DNA from: an uncultured Planctomycetaceae bacterium | GTDB taxonomy: Bacteria > Planctomycetota > Planctomycetia > Pirellulales > PALSA-1355 | NCBI GenBank assembly: GCA_963785305.1 | Contig: CAWAUV010000009.1 | Coordinates: 416,001 to 480,000 of the forward strand | DNA: 64,000 nucleotides | Direction: 5' to 3' | Part shown: piece after piece, positions 10,965-21,353 of the stretch | How the letters are laid out: each line of letters begins with the position of its first letter | Numbering within the stretch: the first letter of the stretch is position 1 | Notes under the pieces: generated by a model | What the model saw: the letters and a program-made list of their open reading frames with translations, nothing else | Databases searched by the model: none | Told to the model about the DNA's origin: nothing | Made by a program: the position numbers and the translations under genes

Positions 10965-13372
10965 TTACTTGCGGCGGCGCTTCTTGGTGGGGCGTTTGCC
11001 GTGGCCCGCGTGCTTTTCATTGCCGGCGGGCTTATCGCGGCCGGTGTGTTTGCCTTGGCCGACGCGATTGTCGCGAGCCGAGGCGCCGCGATTGGGCCGC
11101 TTGCCGCCGCGGCGCGGTCCGCGGCCGGGCGAGCGATCGTCTTTCATCGCCGCGCTGCCGCCTCGGGCCATCAGCCGAAAATCAAGTTCCCGCCGGTCCA
11201 CGTCCACCCGCGCCACCGCCACGCGCACCGCGTCGCCCAATCGGTAGCTATTGCCCGAGCGGAGCCCGGCGAGCGAATGCGTCGGGCGGTCGAAGCGGTA
11301 GAAATCGTCTTGGAGCGAACTGACGTGAATGAGGCCCTCGGCCGGCAAGTCGACGCCCTGGACAAAAAAGCCGAACTCCTCGACTCCGGTCACCACCGCG
11401 TCCATTTCCTCGCCCACGCGACCGGCCAGATAGGTGAGCAGTTTCACCTTGGTCAATTCGCGCTCGGCCGCCTCGGCCCGTCGTTCGCGATCGGAGCAAT
11501 GCTCGCCCAGCACGGCCAATTCACTGAAATTGTTACGAGGCTTCTTGCGGGTCAAAAGCGCGTCGAACAGCCGGTGGATCGTCAGATCGGGATAGCGGCG
11601 AATCGGCGAGGTGAAGTGGCAATAGCAGTCGCTCGCCAGGGCATAGTGCCCCTCTTCGCCGGGAGCATACACGGCGCGTTGCAATGACCTTAAGAGGGCG
11701 AAATTCACCGCATGTTGCTCGGGCCGGCCGGTCACTTTGTCCAACAGCCGCTGCATCTCGAACCGGCTCTCGAGGCTTTCAACCTCGAACCCCAGCGTGC
11801 GCACGAATTCGGTGAGCGCTTTGAGCTTTCGCGGGTCGGGGCGCCATGCGCCCGGCGCAAGAAATGCCAGCCCGCCTTGGCCAGCAGCTCGGCCACCGCT
11901 TCGTTGGCGGCGAGCATGAACGCCTCGATGATCTGATGGCTCTCGGTGTTCTCGGCCACATGGGCGCCCGTGACATGGCCATCGCGATCGAGATCGACTT
12001 TTACTTCCGGCATGCTGAGCTCGAGAGCCCCGCGCTGAAAACGCCGCTCGCGAAGGAGCCGGGCCAGCTCGCGCATCTCGGCCAGCAGCTTATGCACCGC
12101 CGGCGTGAGTTTGTCGGTCCAGGCCTCGGGATCGGCGAGATATTCGTCGACCTCTTCATACGTGAACCGGCGGCAACTGCGAATGGCGGCGCTCATCGGC
12201 TCGGCGGCGATCGGCGCCCCCTCGGGACTAAACTCGATAAACACGCTCTTGGTGTATCGCACTCGATCGGGCTGCAGGCTCGCGAGACCGTTGGAAATGA
12301 TCTCGGGCAACATCGGAATCACGCGGTCGGGCAGGTAGACGCTCGTGCCGCGGGAATGCGCCTCGCGGTCGAGCGCCGTTTTCGGCCGCACGAACCGCGA
12401 CACATCGGCAATATGGACTCCCAGCCGCCAGTGGCCGTTTTCAATGCGCTCGAGCGAGATCGCGTCGTCGAAGTCGCGGGCGTCTTTCGGGTCGATCGTG
12501 ATGATCGGCAAATCGGTCAGATCGCGCCGGCCGGAGTCGATCGTCTCGTCGAACGCGTCGGCCTCGGCGCGCGATTCGATCACGGCGTCTTCCGGAAACG
12601 CGTCGGGCAGATTGTATTCGCGCATGATCGAAAGCGTGTCGACTCCCGCCGCGCCGCGAGCGCCGAACACTTCGACGATCACCGCCTCGCCCCCATCGGA
12701 CTGCGAGGGAAATCGCACCATTTCGACGACGATCTTGTCGTCGGGCTGGACATTGTCGCCGCCGGGATCGCCCAGCAGCACCGGCTGAATGAAGGTTCGG
12801 CCATCGATCCGCACATAGGCCGCGCCAGCCGACTCGAAATACACGCCGACGAATTGATGCGTTTGCCGCTCGATGATCTCGACCACTTCGCCTTCGGGAT
12901 TTTGGCCGCGGCCGGCGTGCTTCTTCTTGAGTCGCACCAGCACGCTGTCGCCGGTGGCCGCGTCGAGGCTGTCTTTCGCCGCGATGAAGATATCGAGCTT
13001 GCGATCGGCGCCCGGCGCGCTGCCGGCCGGGCGCACATAACCGTGTCCAGCCAGATTGCGGCGAAACACGCCGGTAATCCGAGAGTTCGCGCCGGCCGGC
13101 GCGACCAGGGCCGCGCCGACATGCACGCTGGGCGCCGCTTGCACCAGGTGATTGGCGCCCCACACGATTCGGCCCCGCTTCACGAGCCGCTTGATCGCGC
13201 GCTTGAGCTGCCGGGCGCCGTCGTCGTCGAGGCCGAGCTTTTTGGCCAGCGCGCGGGGTTTTTGCGGGCGAAAGCCGTTTTGCCCGACCAGCGCGAGCAC
13301 CTCGCGCTCGAGGTCGCGCTCCGAGGGCGGCTCGCCATTGGGTTCGCTATTCATGGATTCACGGTCGGACAT
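10965..13372 (-). CDS. rnr: Ribonuclease R (frameshift near 11830)
   Basis: TIDPKDARDFDDAIS catalytic motif, HFTSPIRRYPDL, C-terminal S1 domain and basic tail. Confidence 0.93.
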
Positions 13373-13375
13373 GCG

Positions 13376-14404
13376 TCACTCATCGAGCCCGCGACGTGAG
13401 TCGCCGGCGCCTTTGAAAAGTTTGCGGCCCAGATGTTGATGGAAGTTGGTCCAGGGACTGCCGATGTTCGGGTCGTCGCGCATCAGTTGCTCGAAGCCGT
13501 GCATTTTCGCGTCGAGATTGTCGAGCTGGTGCAGGGCCACGGCCTCGAGCGTCATCGGCAATTTGGGACTGCCGTATTCGTATTGCCCATGATGGCTCAC
13601 GATCATGTGCTTGAGGCGGAGCACGACCTCGGCCGGCACCGGCTCGCCGCCCAGACGTTCGGCCTCTTGCAGCTTGCGGTCGAGCATGCCGACGGCCATC
13701 ACCAAGTGGCCGATCAACTGGCCCTCGTCGGTGTAGGCGAAATCGCGTTCGTAGCTCAGTTCGTCGACTTTGCCGGCGTCGTGCAGAAATGCGCCCACGA
13801 GGAGCAGTTCCGTGTCGAGCCGCGGATAGAGCCCATCGATGCGCTGGACGAGGTTCATCAGGCTCACGACATGCTCGAGCAACCCGCCCACATAGGCATG
13901 ATGATTCTTCACGCCGGCCGGAGCGCGGGTGAACTTGCGCATGAATTCGTCGTCCATCAGAAAGCACTCGGCCAGCGTGTGCAGCGCCGGATCGCGCAGA
14001 CCGCGGAGCATGTCGGTCAGCCGGCCGGTGAGAACGTCGATGTGCTTCGAGTCGAGGATCAGAAAATCGTCGAGATTCACATCTTGCGGCGAAACCCGAC
14101 TGATGCGGGTGGCGATCAGTTGGATGCTGCCTTGAAAGAGTTGGGTGGCCCCCTCGACGCGCACATAGTCGCCGTTGTCGAAGTTGCGATAATCGTTCTC
14201 GCTGGCGTTCCACATACGGGCGCTGAGCGAGCCGCTGCGATCGGAAAGATCGACTTGCAGATACAGGTGGCCGTTGCGATTCGGCCGGAGCGATTTTTCC
14301 GACACCAAGAACACCTGGTCCACGTTTTCCTGGTGCGCGAGTTGGCTGACGAACCGCCGCGGCGGGCTCGCCTTGCCGCTCTGGGGTGTTGCGGTTTGAG
14401 TCAC
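13376..14404 (-). CDS. OB-fold + HD domain 3'-5' exoribonuclease, YhaM/Cbf1 family
   Basis: N-terminal OB fold, APAGVKNHHAYVGGLLEH, LHDAGK, SHHG..YGSP, and DNLDAK. Confidence 0.9.
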   Translation of the reverse strand: MTQTATPQSGKASPPRRFVSQLAHQENVDQVFLVSEKSLRPNRNGHLYLQVDLSDRSGSLSARMWNASENDYRNFDNGDYVRVEGATQLFQGSIQLIATRISRVSPQDVNLDDFLILDSKHIDVLTGRLTDMLRGLRDPALHTLAECFLMDDEFMRKFTRAPAGVKNHHAYVGGLLEHVVSLMNLVQRIDGLYPRLDTELLLVGAFLHDAGKVDELSYERDFAYTDEGQLIGHLVMAVGMLDRKLQEAERLGGEPVPAEVVLRLKHMIVSHHGQYEYGSPKLPMTLEAVALHQLDNLDAKMHGFEQLMRDDPNIGSPWTNFHQHLGRKLFKGAGDSRRGLDE

Positions 14405-15048
14405 GCGAAGAGCCTGCCTTTCCGTTCCTTGAAAAAAAATTCCCGAGGCGCGCCGCCAGATGAGTCGCCAGCGCGCTAGGAGCCTAACCGACGACTCCCC
14501 CCGCTCCCCATTATCGGGAAAGGGTAATGGGTTGGCTCCGCGGAGTTCGGGGCCGCCAGCGGGAGTCGGGTCGACCCGCGAAAAATTCGATTCTACGGCA
14601 ATCGTCGGCCGTGCGACAGTTCTAACGCTCGCGGAGCGCCGGCCAGCGATTCCGAGGGCCGCGGCGGTTCGGGCTTTTTCCGACGGATTGCCCGTTTCAC
14701 CCGGCCTGGAGCAAGCCGATCTATGGCAATTGCTCGCCCGGACCTAGAATGGTCGGATTCCTCGCCGGGCCGCGCCACGCCGCGCGACCGAGCTCGCTCG
14801 GAGAGACAACGAAGATACGGGGGAAGTTTCACGCGGAGGCGCGGAGGGCGGCGGAGTAGAGCATGAAGCAGAGAATGATCGAACCGAAGGAGAACGCCGC
14901 CGAAAGGCTTTCTCCAACTCCGCGCCTCGGCGGCTCCGCGTGAGCTATCCGAAGTCCTGCGGCCGTGCATAATTGCCGTTTGAAAACGTCGTTGTTTTTC
15001 GGTCGCCGACCCGACCCCGATTTCCCGCTGCCAGAAAGGATTCCGCCC

Positions 15049-16808
15049 GTGCGCTGGAGCCAATCGCTGATTCCCACCATGAAAGAAACTCCCGAGGGCG
15101 CCGAGATTCCCAGCCATGTGCTGATGCTTCGCGCGGGACTCGTCGGCCAGCTCATGGCCGGCGCTTACACCTATCTGCCGCTCGGTCTCCGCTCGCTGCG
15201 CAAGGCCGAGGCGATTGTGCGCGATGAAATGGATCGCGCCGGCGCTGTCGAGCTCTTGATGCCGGCCCTCACTCCGCTGAGTCTTTGGGAACGCTCGGGC
15301 CGGTTGGCCGCGTTTGGCAATGTGCTCATGCAGTTCAACGTTCGCCGGCAAAATAAGCAGGTGCCGCTCGCCCTCGGACCGACGCACGAGGAGGTCGTCA
15401 CCGAACTCGTGGCCCGCCACATATCGAGCTATCGCCAACTGCCGATCACGCTCTATCAGATTCAGACCAAGTTTCGCAATGAGGAGCGCGCCGCGATTCG
15501 GAATGCTTGCGCACCAGCGAGTTCCTGATGAAAGACGCCTACAGCTTCGACACCTCGGTCGAGGGCCTCAACAAAAGCTATGACGCGATGTACGCCGCTT
15601 ATTGCCGCATTTTCTCCCGCTGCGGGCTCGATTATCTGGCGGTCGAAGCCGAAAGCGGGCCAATCGGCGGAGACGCGAGCCATGAGTTCATGGTGCTCGC
15701 CGATAACGGCGAGGACTCGGTCGTGCATTGCAAGGCTTGCGGCTATGCCGCCAATCTCGAGCGCGCCGAAACCGGCGCCCGCTCGGCCACCGCGCCCGCC
15801 GGCGCCACCCAAAAGCCGCTCACCAAGCTCGACACGCCCATGGTCGGCAGCATCGAGCAAGTGAGCAAGTTGCTCAAATGCAAACCGCACGCAATGATCA
15901 AGACGCTCATCTATCTGGCCGACGACCAGCCCATTGCGGTGCTGGTGCGCGGTGACCATGAGGCCAACGAAGGCAAGATTCGCCGGGCCCTGGGCGCCGC
16001 TCGACTCGAGCTCGCCCCGCCCGAGCGGATCGAGGCCGTGACCAAAGCGCCCGTCGGATTCGCCGGCCCGATCGGGCTCGAAATCCCGGTTTGGGCCGAC
16101 CACGATATTCGCGGCATGGTCAACGCCGTGACCGGGGCCAACGAAGCCGACAAACATTTCGTGGGCGTGAATTTGGATCGCGATTTTAGCATTGCCGCCG
16201 AGCGCTTCGCCGACCTGCGCAACGCCGCCGCCGCCGACCCGTGTCCGCGCTGCGATGGCGCGCTCGAACTTCGCCACGCGATCGAAATCGGTCACGTGTT
16301 CAAGCTCGGCACGAAATACTCGACCGCGCTCGAAGCCCGCTTTGCCGACGCCAATGAGCAACTGCATCCCGCGATCATGGGTTGCTACGGAATCGGCGTG
16401 AACCGAATTTTGGCGTCGCTCATTGAAACCAGCCACGACGAAAACGGCATCTTGTGGCCGATGGCGATCGCGCCCTTCGAGGTGGTGCTCACTCCGCTCA
16501 ATGTGCGCGAAACCGAGGTCAGCGAGACCGCCGAACTGCTTTACAAGGAGCTCGGCTCGCTCGGAGTCGATACCTTGCTCGACGACCGCGACCAGCGTCC
16601 GGGCGTGAAATTCAAGGACGCCGACCTGATCGGCATCCCGCTGCGCGTGGTCGTCGGCGGCCGAAGCCTCAAGGACGGCCAGCTAGAAGTCAAATGGCGC
16701 TGGGAAGCGGAAGCCCGCACAATCCCCATCGCCGGCGCCGCGGCGGCGATCGCCGGTCTCGTGTCCGCCCAGCGCAAGCACAACCGCCCGACAACGCCGA
16801 AGCCGTGA
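15049..16808 (+). CDS. proS: Proline--tRNA ligase (indels near 15490-15510)
   Basis: [18 protein letters not shown](L)MKDAYSF, INS editing domain, [16 protein letters not shown], and anticodon-binding domain. Confidence 0.95.
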
Positions 16809-16996
16809 GCGAGACCGGTGATGATTGCAGACCTTTCCGAGGCGTTATGTTATGTTGAAGCACGGACTAGAACGTTTCTTAAAACCATGAACCGATGGTT
16901 GGGTTTTAACGGTCGAGAATGAACTCGAAACAAGAGTTGATTCCCGAAAAATGCAACGATGATACTTCCGAGGGGAGTCACAGGATTCTTCGCGAG

Positions 16997-18103
16997 GTAA
17001 CTGTTAAGCATTTCCTCTTTCCCGAAATTGGGTTTTCGGTCACATTGACTGGATCATGGATGATCGAGATCGACGGATCGCCGAGTTGGAAGCGGAAATC
17101 GCCCGGTTGCAGGCGGAGAACGGAACGCTGCGCAAGCGCGTCGAGCAACTCGAACAGCAAGTCCAAAAGTTTTTGCAGCGGCGCAAGAAAACTGCTCGGC
17201 CATTTGCGTTGGGGCGGCGCTTTGTTCGAGCCGGTGGTCGACAAACTCTGGGAACTCTTGCGCAATTCGCCGGTCGTGCAAGGCGACGAAACCGGTTGGC
17301 GGATCGACGGACTGCCCGCGTGGGCCTGGTGTTTTCGAGACACGCGCTTGGCATTGTTCCTGATCGATCGTCATCGCAATCGGGCCGTCCTCGAGCGAGC
17401 GTTGGGCACATCGTTCGCGGGCACGCTGGTCAGCGATTTTTATGCGGTCTACAACGGACTCGACTGCCGCAAACAGCGCTGCTTGGTCCATTTGCTTCGC
17501 GAGTTGCACAAGCTGCGCGAGACGTTGCCGGCGGCGAGCGTGCGGGCCTTCATCCAGCCGTTGATCACGCTGTTTCAAGACGCGATCCGGTTGGGCCACG
17601 AGCGCAAGTCGCTCGGCAAAAAAGCTTTCAACGCGGCCCGACACGAGATTCAAAACCGTTTCGACACGTTGATGCTCGAGACGCGCGTGCGGCATCGCGA
17701 ATGTTTGCGAATCTGGCGGCGGCTGTTCAAGCACTCGGACGAATTGTTCACCTTCCTCGACGATGCGAATGTTCCGGCCGACAACAACGGAACCGAACGC
17801 GACATCCGAAGCCTGGCGGCGGCGAGGAATGATGGCGGCACGCATCGGACCGAATGGAGCGCGGCGGCGTTCGCCCGAATCAAGAGCGTGATCGCGACCG
17901 GCGCGAAAAACGGTTTGAGCTTCGCAAGGTATGGAATCGAAGTCGTGCGCACTAAATTGCAAGGCAAGACCCTGCCGCTGCCGATCACCAATAGCAGTTA
18001 AAACATCCGCCACGCGACCCATCCCCGGAAATTCCTCGCCCGCGATCCCCGCCAATATCGCCACCGCCCCCCCGCCCAGGCCACGCCACGGCTTAACAGT
18101 TAC
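16997..18103 (+). mobile_element. Short IS66-family element, copy 1 (internally deleted TnpC)
   Basis: Terminal IRs GTAACTGTTAAGC / GCTTAACAGTTAC; coiled-coil N-terminus MDDRDRRIAELEAE (17056); DDE motifs GDETGW, VSDFYAVY, QRCLVHLLR and NNGTERDIR. Confidence 0.88.
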
Positions 18104-18196
18104 TTCAATTCGCCTCGGGGCTCATTGCCCCTGTCTGGTTGACAGTCAGCACTATTTGGAAACGCCCCTATCCGGGGGCATTACCTATGGTGCGAT

Positions 18197-18300
18197 ATGT
18201 TGACCCTCTATTACGCAGCACAGTACATCGGCCGATCCTCCTCGGGGCTTCGTAGGCTGATCCAGTGCTCCCGATCCCAGTTAGCCGCTGGGCAGCCGCT
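18197..18300 (+). pseudogene. Possible excisionase-like HTH remnant
   Basis: MLTLYYAAQYIGRSSSGLRRLI resembles the LT..EAA.YLG.S...LR MerR/Xis-type HTH start; the rest of the ORF is not recognisable. Confidence 0.35.
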
Positions 18301-18630
18301 CGTGAATAAGTTTCACGCCGTTGGCCTGCCGCACGCCCTCTTGGAATCTGAACGGCTGGACCCGCTCCAAGCCATTTCGGTCATCCCCTCTCAGGGCGAC
18401 TCGTGCTGCCCATCTGCGAAACCCCAACGTCCTGGGGCGTCCCCAGGAGCCAGCGAATTTGATTCGTGTTGGGATTTGATGGGCAAGAAGAAGGGACACA
18501 ACTGACATGTATGCTTGGTGGCCGAAACAAGTTCCGACAGATTTAATCCCCGCCATCCGTAGTTTGGGAAAAAGGAAGCACTTCGCTGGGATGCCCCAGT
18601 CCAAATCAGGGGAGTTTATTCAATTTGAAT

Positions 18631-20287
18631 GGGTGTAATCACGCTGGTAGCGGGTTTTTTCGGGGTTTTGGGGGTGTTTTCGTCGGTTGGGGCTCGCCCG
18701 TTGCCGTTTTCGCGGGCTGCCATCGCTGGAGCCAAGCGTTGCGGACGGCTTCCCAGATGTGGCTTTTGAGGATCACGCGCAAGTCGAGCACGTGTTGCGA
18801 GTGGCCCTGTTTCCAGCGCATGCCGGACTGCTTGAAGCGATGGCCGAAGATCATTTTGCAGGCCGCTTCGGTGACGCCGCTGCCGATCGGCAGCTTGAGC
18901 TGTCGGCATTTCCAGTAGTTCATGTGATCGCGATATTCTGCGCAGGTAGTTGATCGCTCGCTGGAAATCCTTGCGACGCCCCTTCAAGCCACGTTTCGCG
19001 CGCAGCGCTCGCGCGCTATGCAGCGCCTGCTTGACGCCGCCGCGGTCCTCCTTGAGCGCGCGTCGCATGCGTGCCGCCCAAGCCGCGGCTTCGGCGCCGG
19101 CGCCGAACAACGCCTCCGCGAGCTTGCCCACATATTCGCATGCGTGGAAGTAGTCGACCACCCATTGCCAAGCCAGCCGCCGGCCCGTGCGTGGATGCTT
19201 CATCCAACGCAACACGTGCCGAAAGTAGTTTTGCGGATGCGAGCCGGCGTCGGTGATGTAGATCAGTCGCGGCATCGCTCCCCGCCAGATGGCCAACACG
19301 GCTTGCAAGAGTTGCGTCAATTGAGCGCCCAGCGCGGCTTGTCCCGGCTCGGGCATGCGGCCCAGGTAGACCGTGCCCAAGCGTTTGCCGCGGCGATCGT
19401 GTACGCTGACCGTGGCCGTGCTCGCCTCTTCCCAGCACGGCCGCATGGGAACCATCACGCCATCGCGGCCCACGGCCAACGTGGGTCGGAATTTACCGCG
19501 GGATTGCTCGGCTTTTTTCAGCCATGCCACCAACTGCGCGACTTGCGCGGCATGACGCAGCGGGGCCATTGCCTCGGCCAGCGTGGCCGTCACCTTGCGC
19601 AGCAGGCCCACCGACCAGCGCACGTGATGCCGCTCGGCGATCGCGTCGAGCGTTTGCTGCTGGGTCAGTTCCGCGGCCAATCGTCCCACGGCGTCGGCCA
19701 GCGCCGGCGTGGCCGCATGGGCCACAATGCCCAAGGCGTGCTCCAGCGGAAAGAAGCCCCGCGCGCCCGCCTCCACGGCTTGATACACGCAGCGCCAGAG
19801 CTTGATCGATCCGAACAACGTGGCCACCTGCCGCGGCGTCTTGCGGTTGCGGCGATACTCCTCGCCGTCGAGTCGCAGCCGAGTCGGCAAGCCGCTCGCG
19901 TCGGCCGGTTCGCTGGCATTGTAAGTCCACTCGACGATCTCGCGGCCCACCGCGTCGAGCAACCGACGCAAGCGGATTTCGAACTCGAGCGTCCGCCGGG
20001 GCGAGGCGGGCTCGCTCAAAAAATCGTCTTGCCAGTCGGGTAGCGCGGAACACCAAGATCGCCAGACGCATGAGCAGGGCGATCGGCAGCGAATCAATCA
20101 CTCTTGTCAAATGCCGCGAACGGCGATTACCTTGACGCATGGGACGGCCTCCTTTCGGGCTGGGTGTTGTTCGCACAACAAAAAGTCACCCAGTTTGGTC
20201 GCGAGGCCGCCCTTTCTCCAAGACCAATCGCACTCGCCGCCAACCCGCCCACGGCGGACAAAACCTGCTACGGGCGCGATTGCACCC
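18631..20287 (-). mobile_element. ISKra4-family IS (UPF0236 transposase, frameshifted)
   Basis: Imperfect 28-bp IRs GGGTGTAATCACGCTGGTAGCGGGTTTT / GGGTGCAATCGCGCCCGTAGCAGGTTTT; motifs GRDGV, ITDAG, VDYFHACEY and PIGSGVTEAACK..RFKQSGMRW. Confidence 0.88.
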
Positions 20288-21239
20288 TCTGGAGGTTAGT
20301 GCCTTCTCCACGGATTCCGGGCTAGCATCAAAAGTCCGTATTATCTCGCTATCATTTGCGATAGTAGCCGACATGTAGATGCGACGCGGCGCCTCCGCAA
20401 ACGTCGGGAATGCGTTGACCAGTGGTAAAATACTGGTAATGGTGAAAGCGTCGCGACTAATAAGCGCATGACACAAATGCAATTGATCGCGCAGAAGCGG
20501 CCACACTAACGCGTATTCCTCGGCATTCTGATTTGAGTTGCTCTCGCACAGCGTCTAGTTGTTCATGCCATGCCCAGTATGGCACTTCCAGCACGCCGAA
20601 TTCCGACCCCGATACGGTATCGTCGAACGTACCGAGCCTATCGGTATCCTTAAATGCCTTTCGGAACAACCCGACCAGACTTTCGTACCGCGCGCGATCT
20701 TTACTCGACGCTACCTCAAGTGTAAATGACTCCCGAACAACAGCGAATGCAACATGGGCGTCATCAAGAATCAGCGCTGAAACCTTTTGCGGATGGCCCG
20801 CGCCGCGCAGACCGAATTTACTGCGACCGTTAAATAGGGCCTTATAGGTGGCGACCATAATTGCGTTGCCGTTTACAAAATCGTCGTTCAGCGGTTGGCC
20901 GCGCTCGTACGGGACCGCAGGTATTCCGTGTGCCTTCGCTTTCTCAAGTGTCTGGTTGACCAACTGAACTGTGGGGGTCAGGTACACGACTGGCTCAGCG
21001 GTTTCATTTAGTGTTGACTGAGCCATTAGAAGACCAACGAGCGTCTTCCCTCCACCGGTATGAAGCTTTAGGACTACGTCACGATCAGTTCGTCGTGAAA
21101 ACCATGTCTGGAGCACCTCAGCCTGACTTGTATAGAGGTCGTTAAAGCCTGGTGGCTTCGGCAATCGACGAAAGATCTCTAATGGATCAATTTCTTTAGG
21201 CTTTTTCTTCGTTGTTCGCAGTTTGTCGAAGTCGACCAT
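20288..21239 (-). pseudogene. SF2 DEAD/DEAH-box helicase, N-terminal part, truncated by ISKra4
   Basis: Q motif LYTSQ, Walker A LHTGGGKT, Walker B ILDDAH, motif III IYMSAT (after a frameshift near 20510); ends at the IS end. Confidence 0.85.
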
Positions 21240-21353
21240 GAACTCTCCCTTGATCGCCAGTCATGATGCGTACCGGCAATACGTGCCTACGGCATTGAAT
21301 GAACAAGCGGCACGCGTCATGTCGCGGCGGCTGGCTCAAAGAATAGAGCGTAT

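Noticed and set aside
11846..13399. Long antisense ORFs (also 40090-41745, 52909-54519, 37976-39310 and others)
   Set aside because: These are shadow frames opposite well-supported genes, as expected at high GC.
15480..15520. Programmed frameshifting in proS, rnr, pyrK and others
   Set aside because: There is no shared slippery motif, and the scattered indels fit sequencing error.
16810..16996. Second att site (duplicated tRNA-Pro 3' end) or integrase
   Set aside because: No copy of TCGGGGCGACATGATTTGAAC and no tyrosine/serine recombinase motifs were seen.
17180..17210. Programmed -1 frameshift in the short IS66
   Set aside because: The DDE frame is +1 relative to the N-terminal ORF, and the intervening domains are missing.
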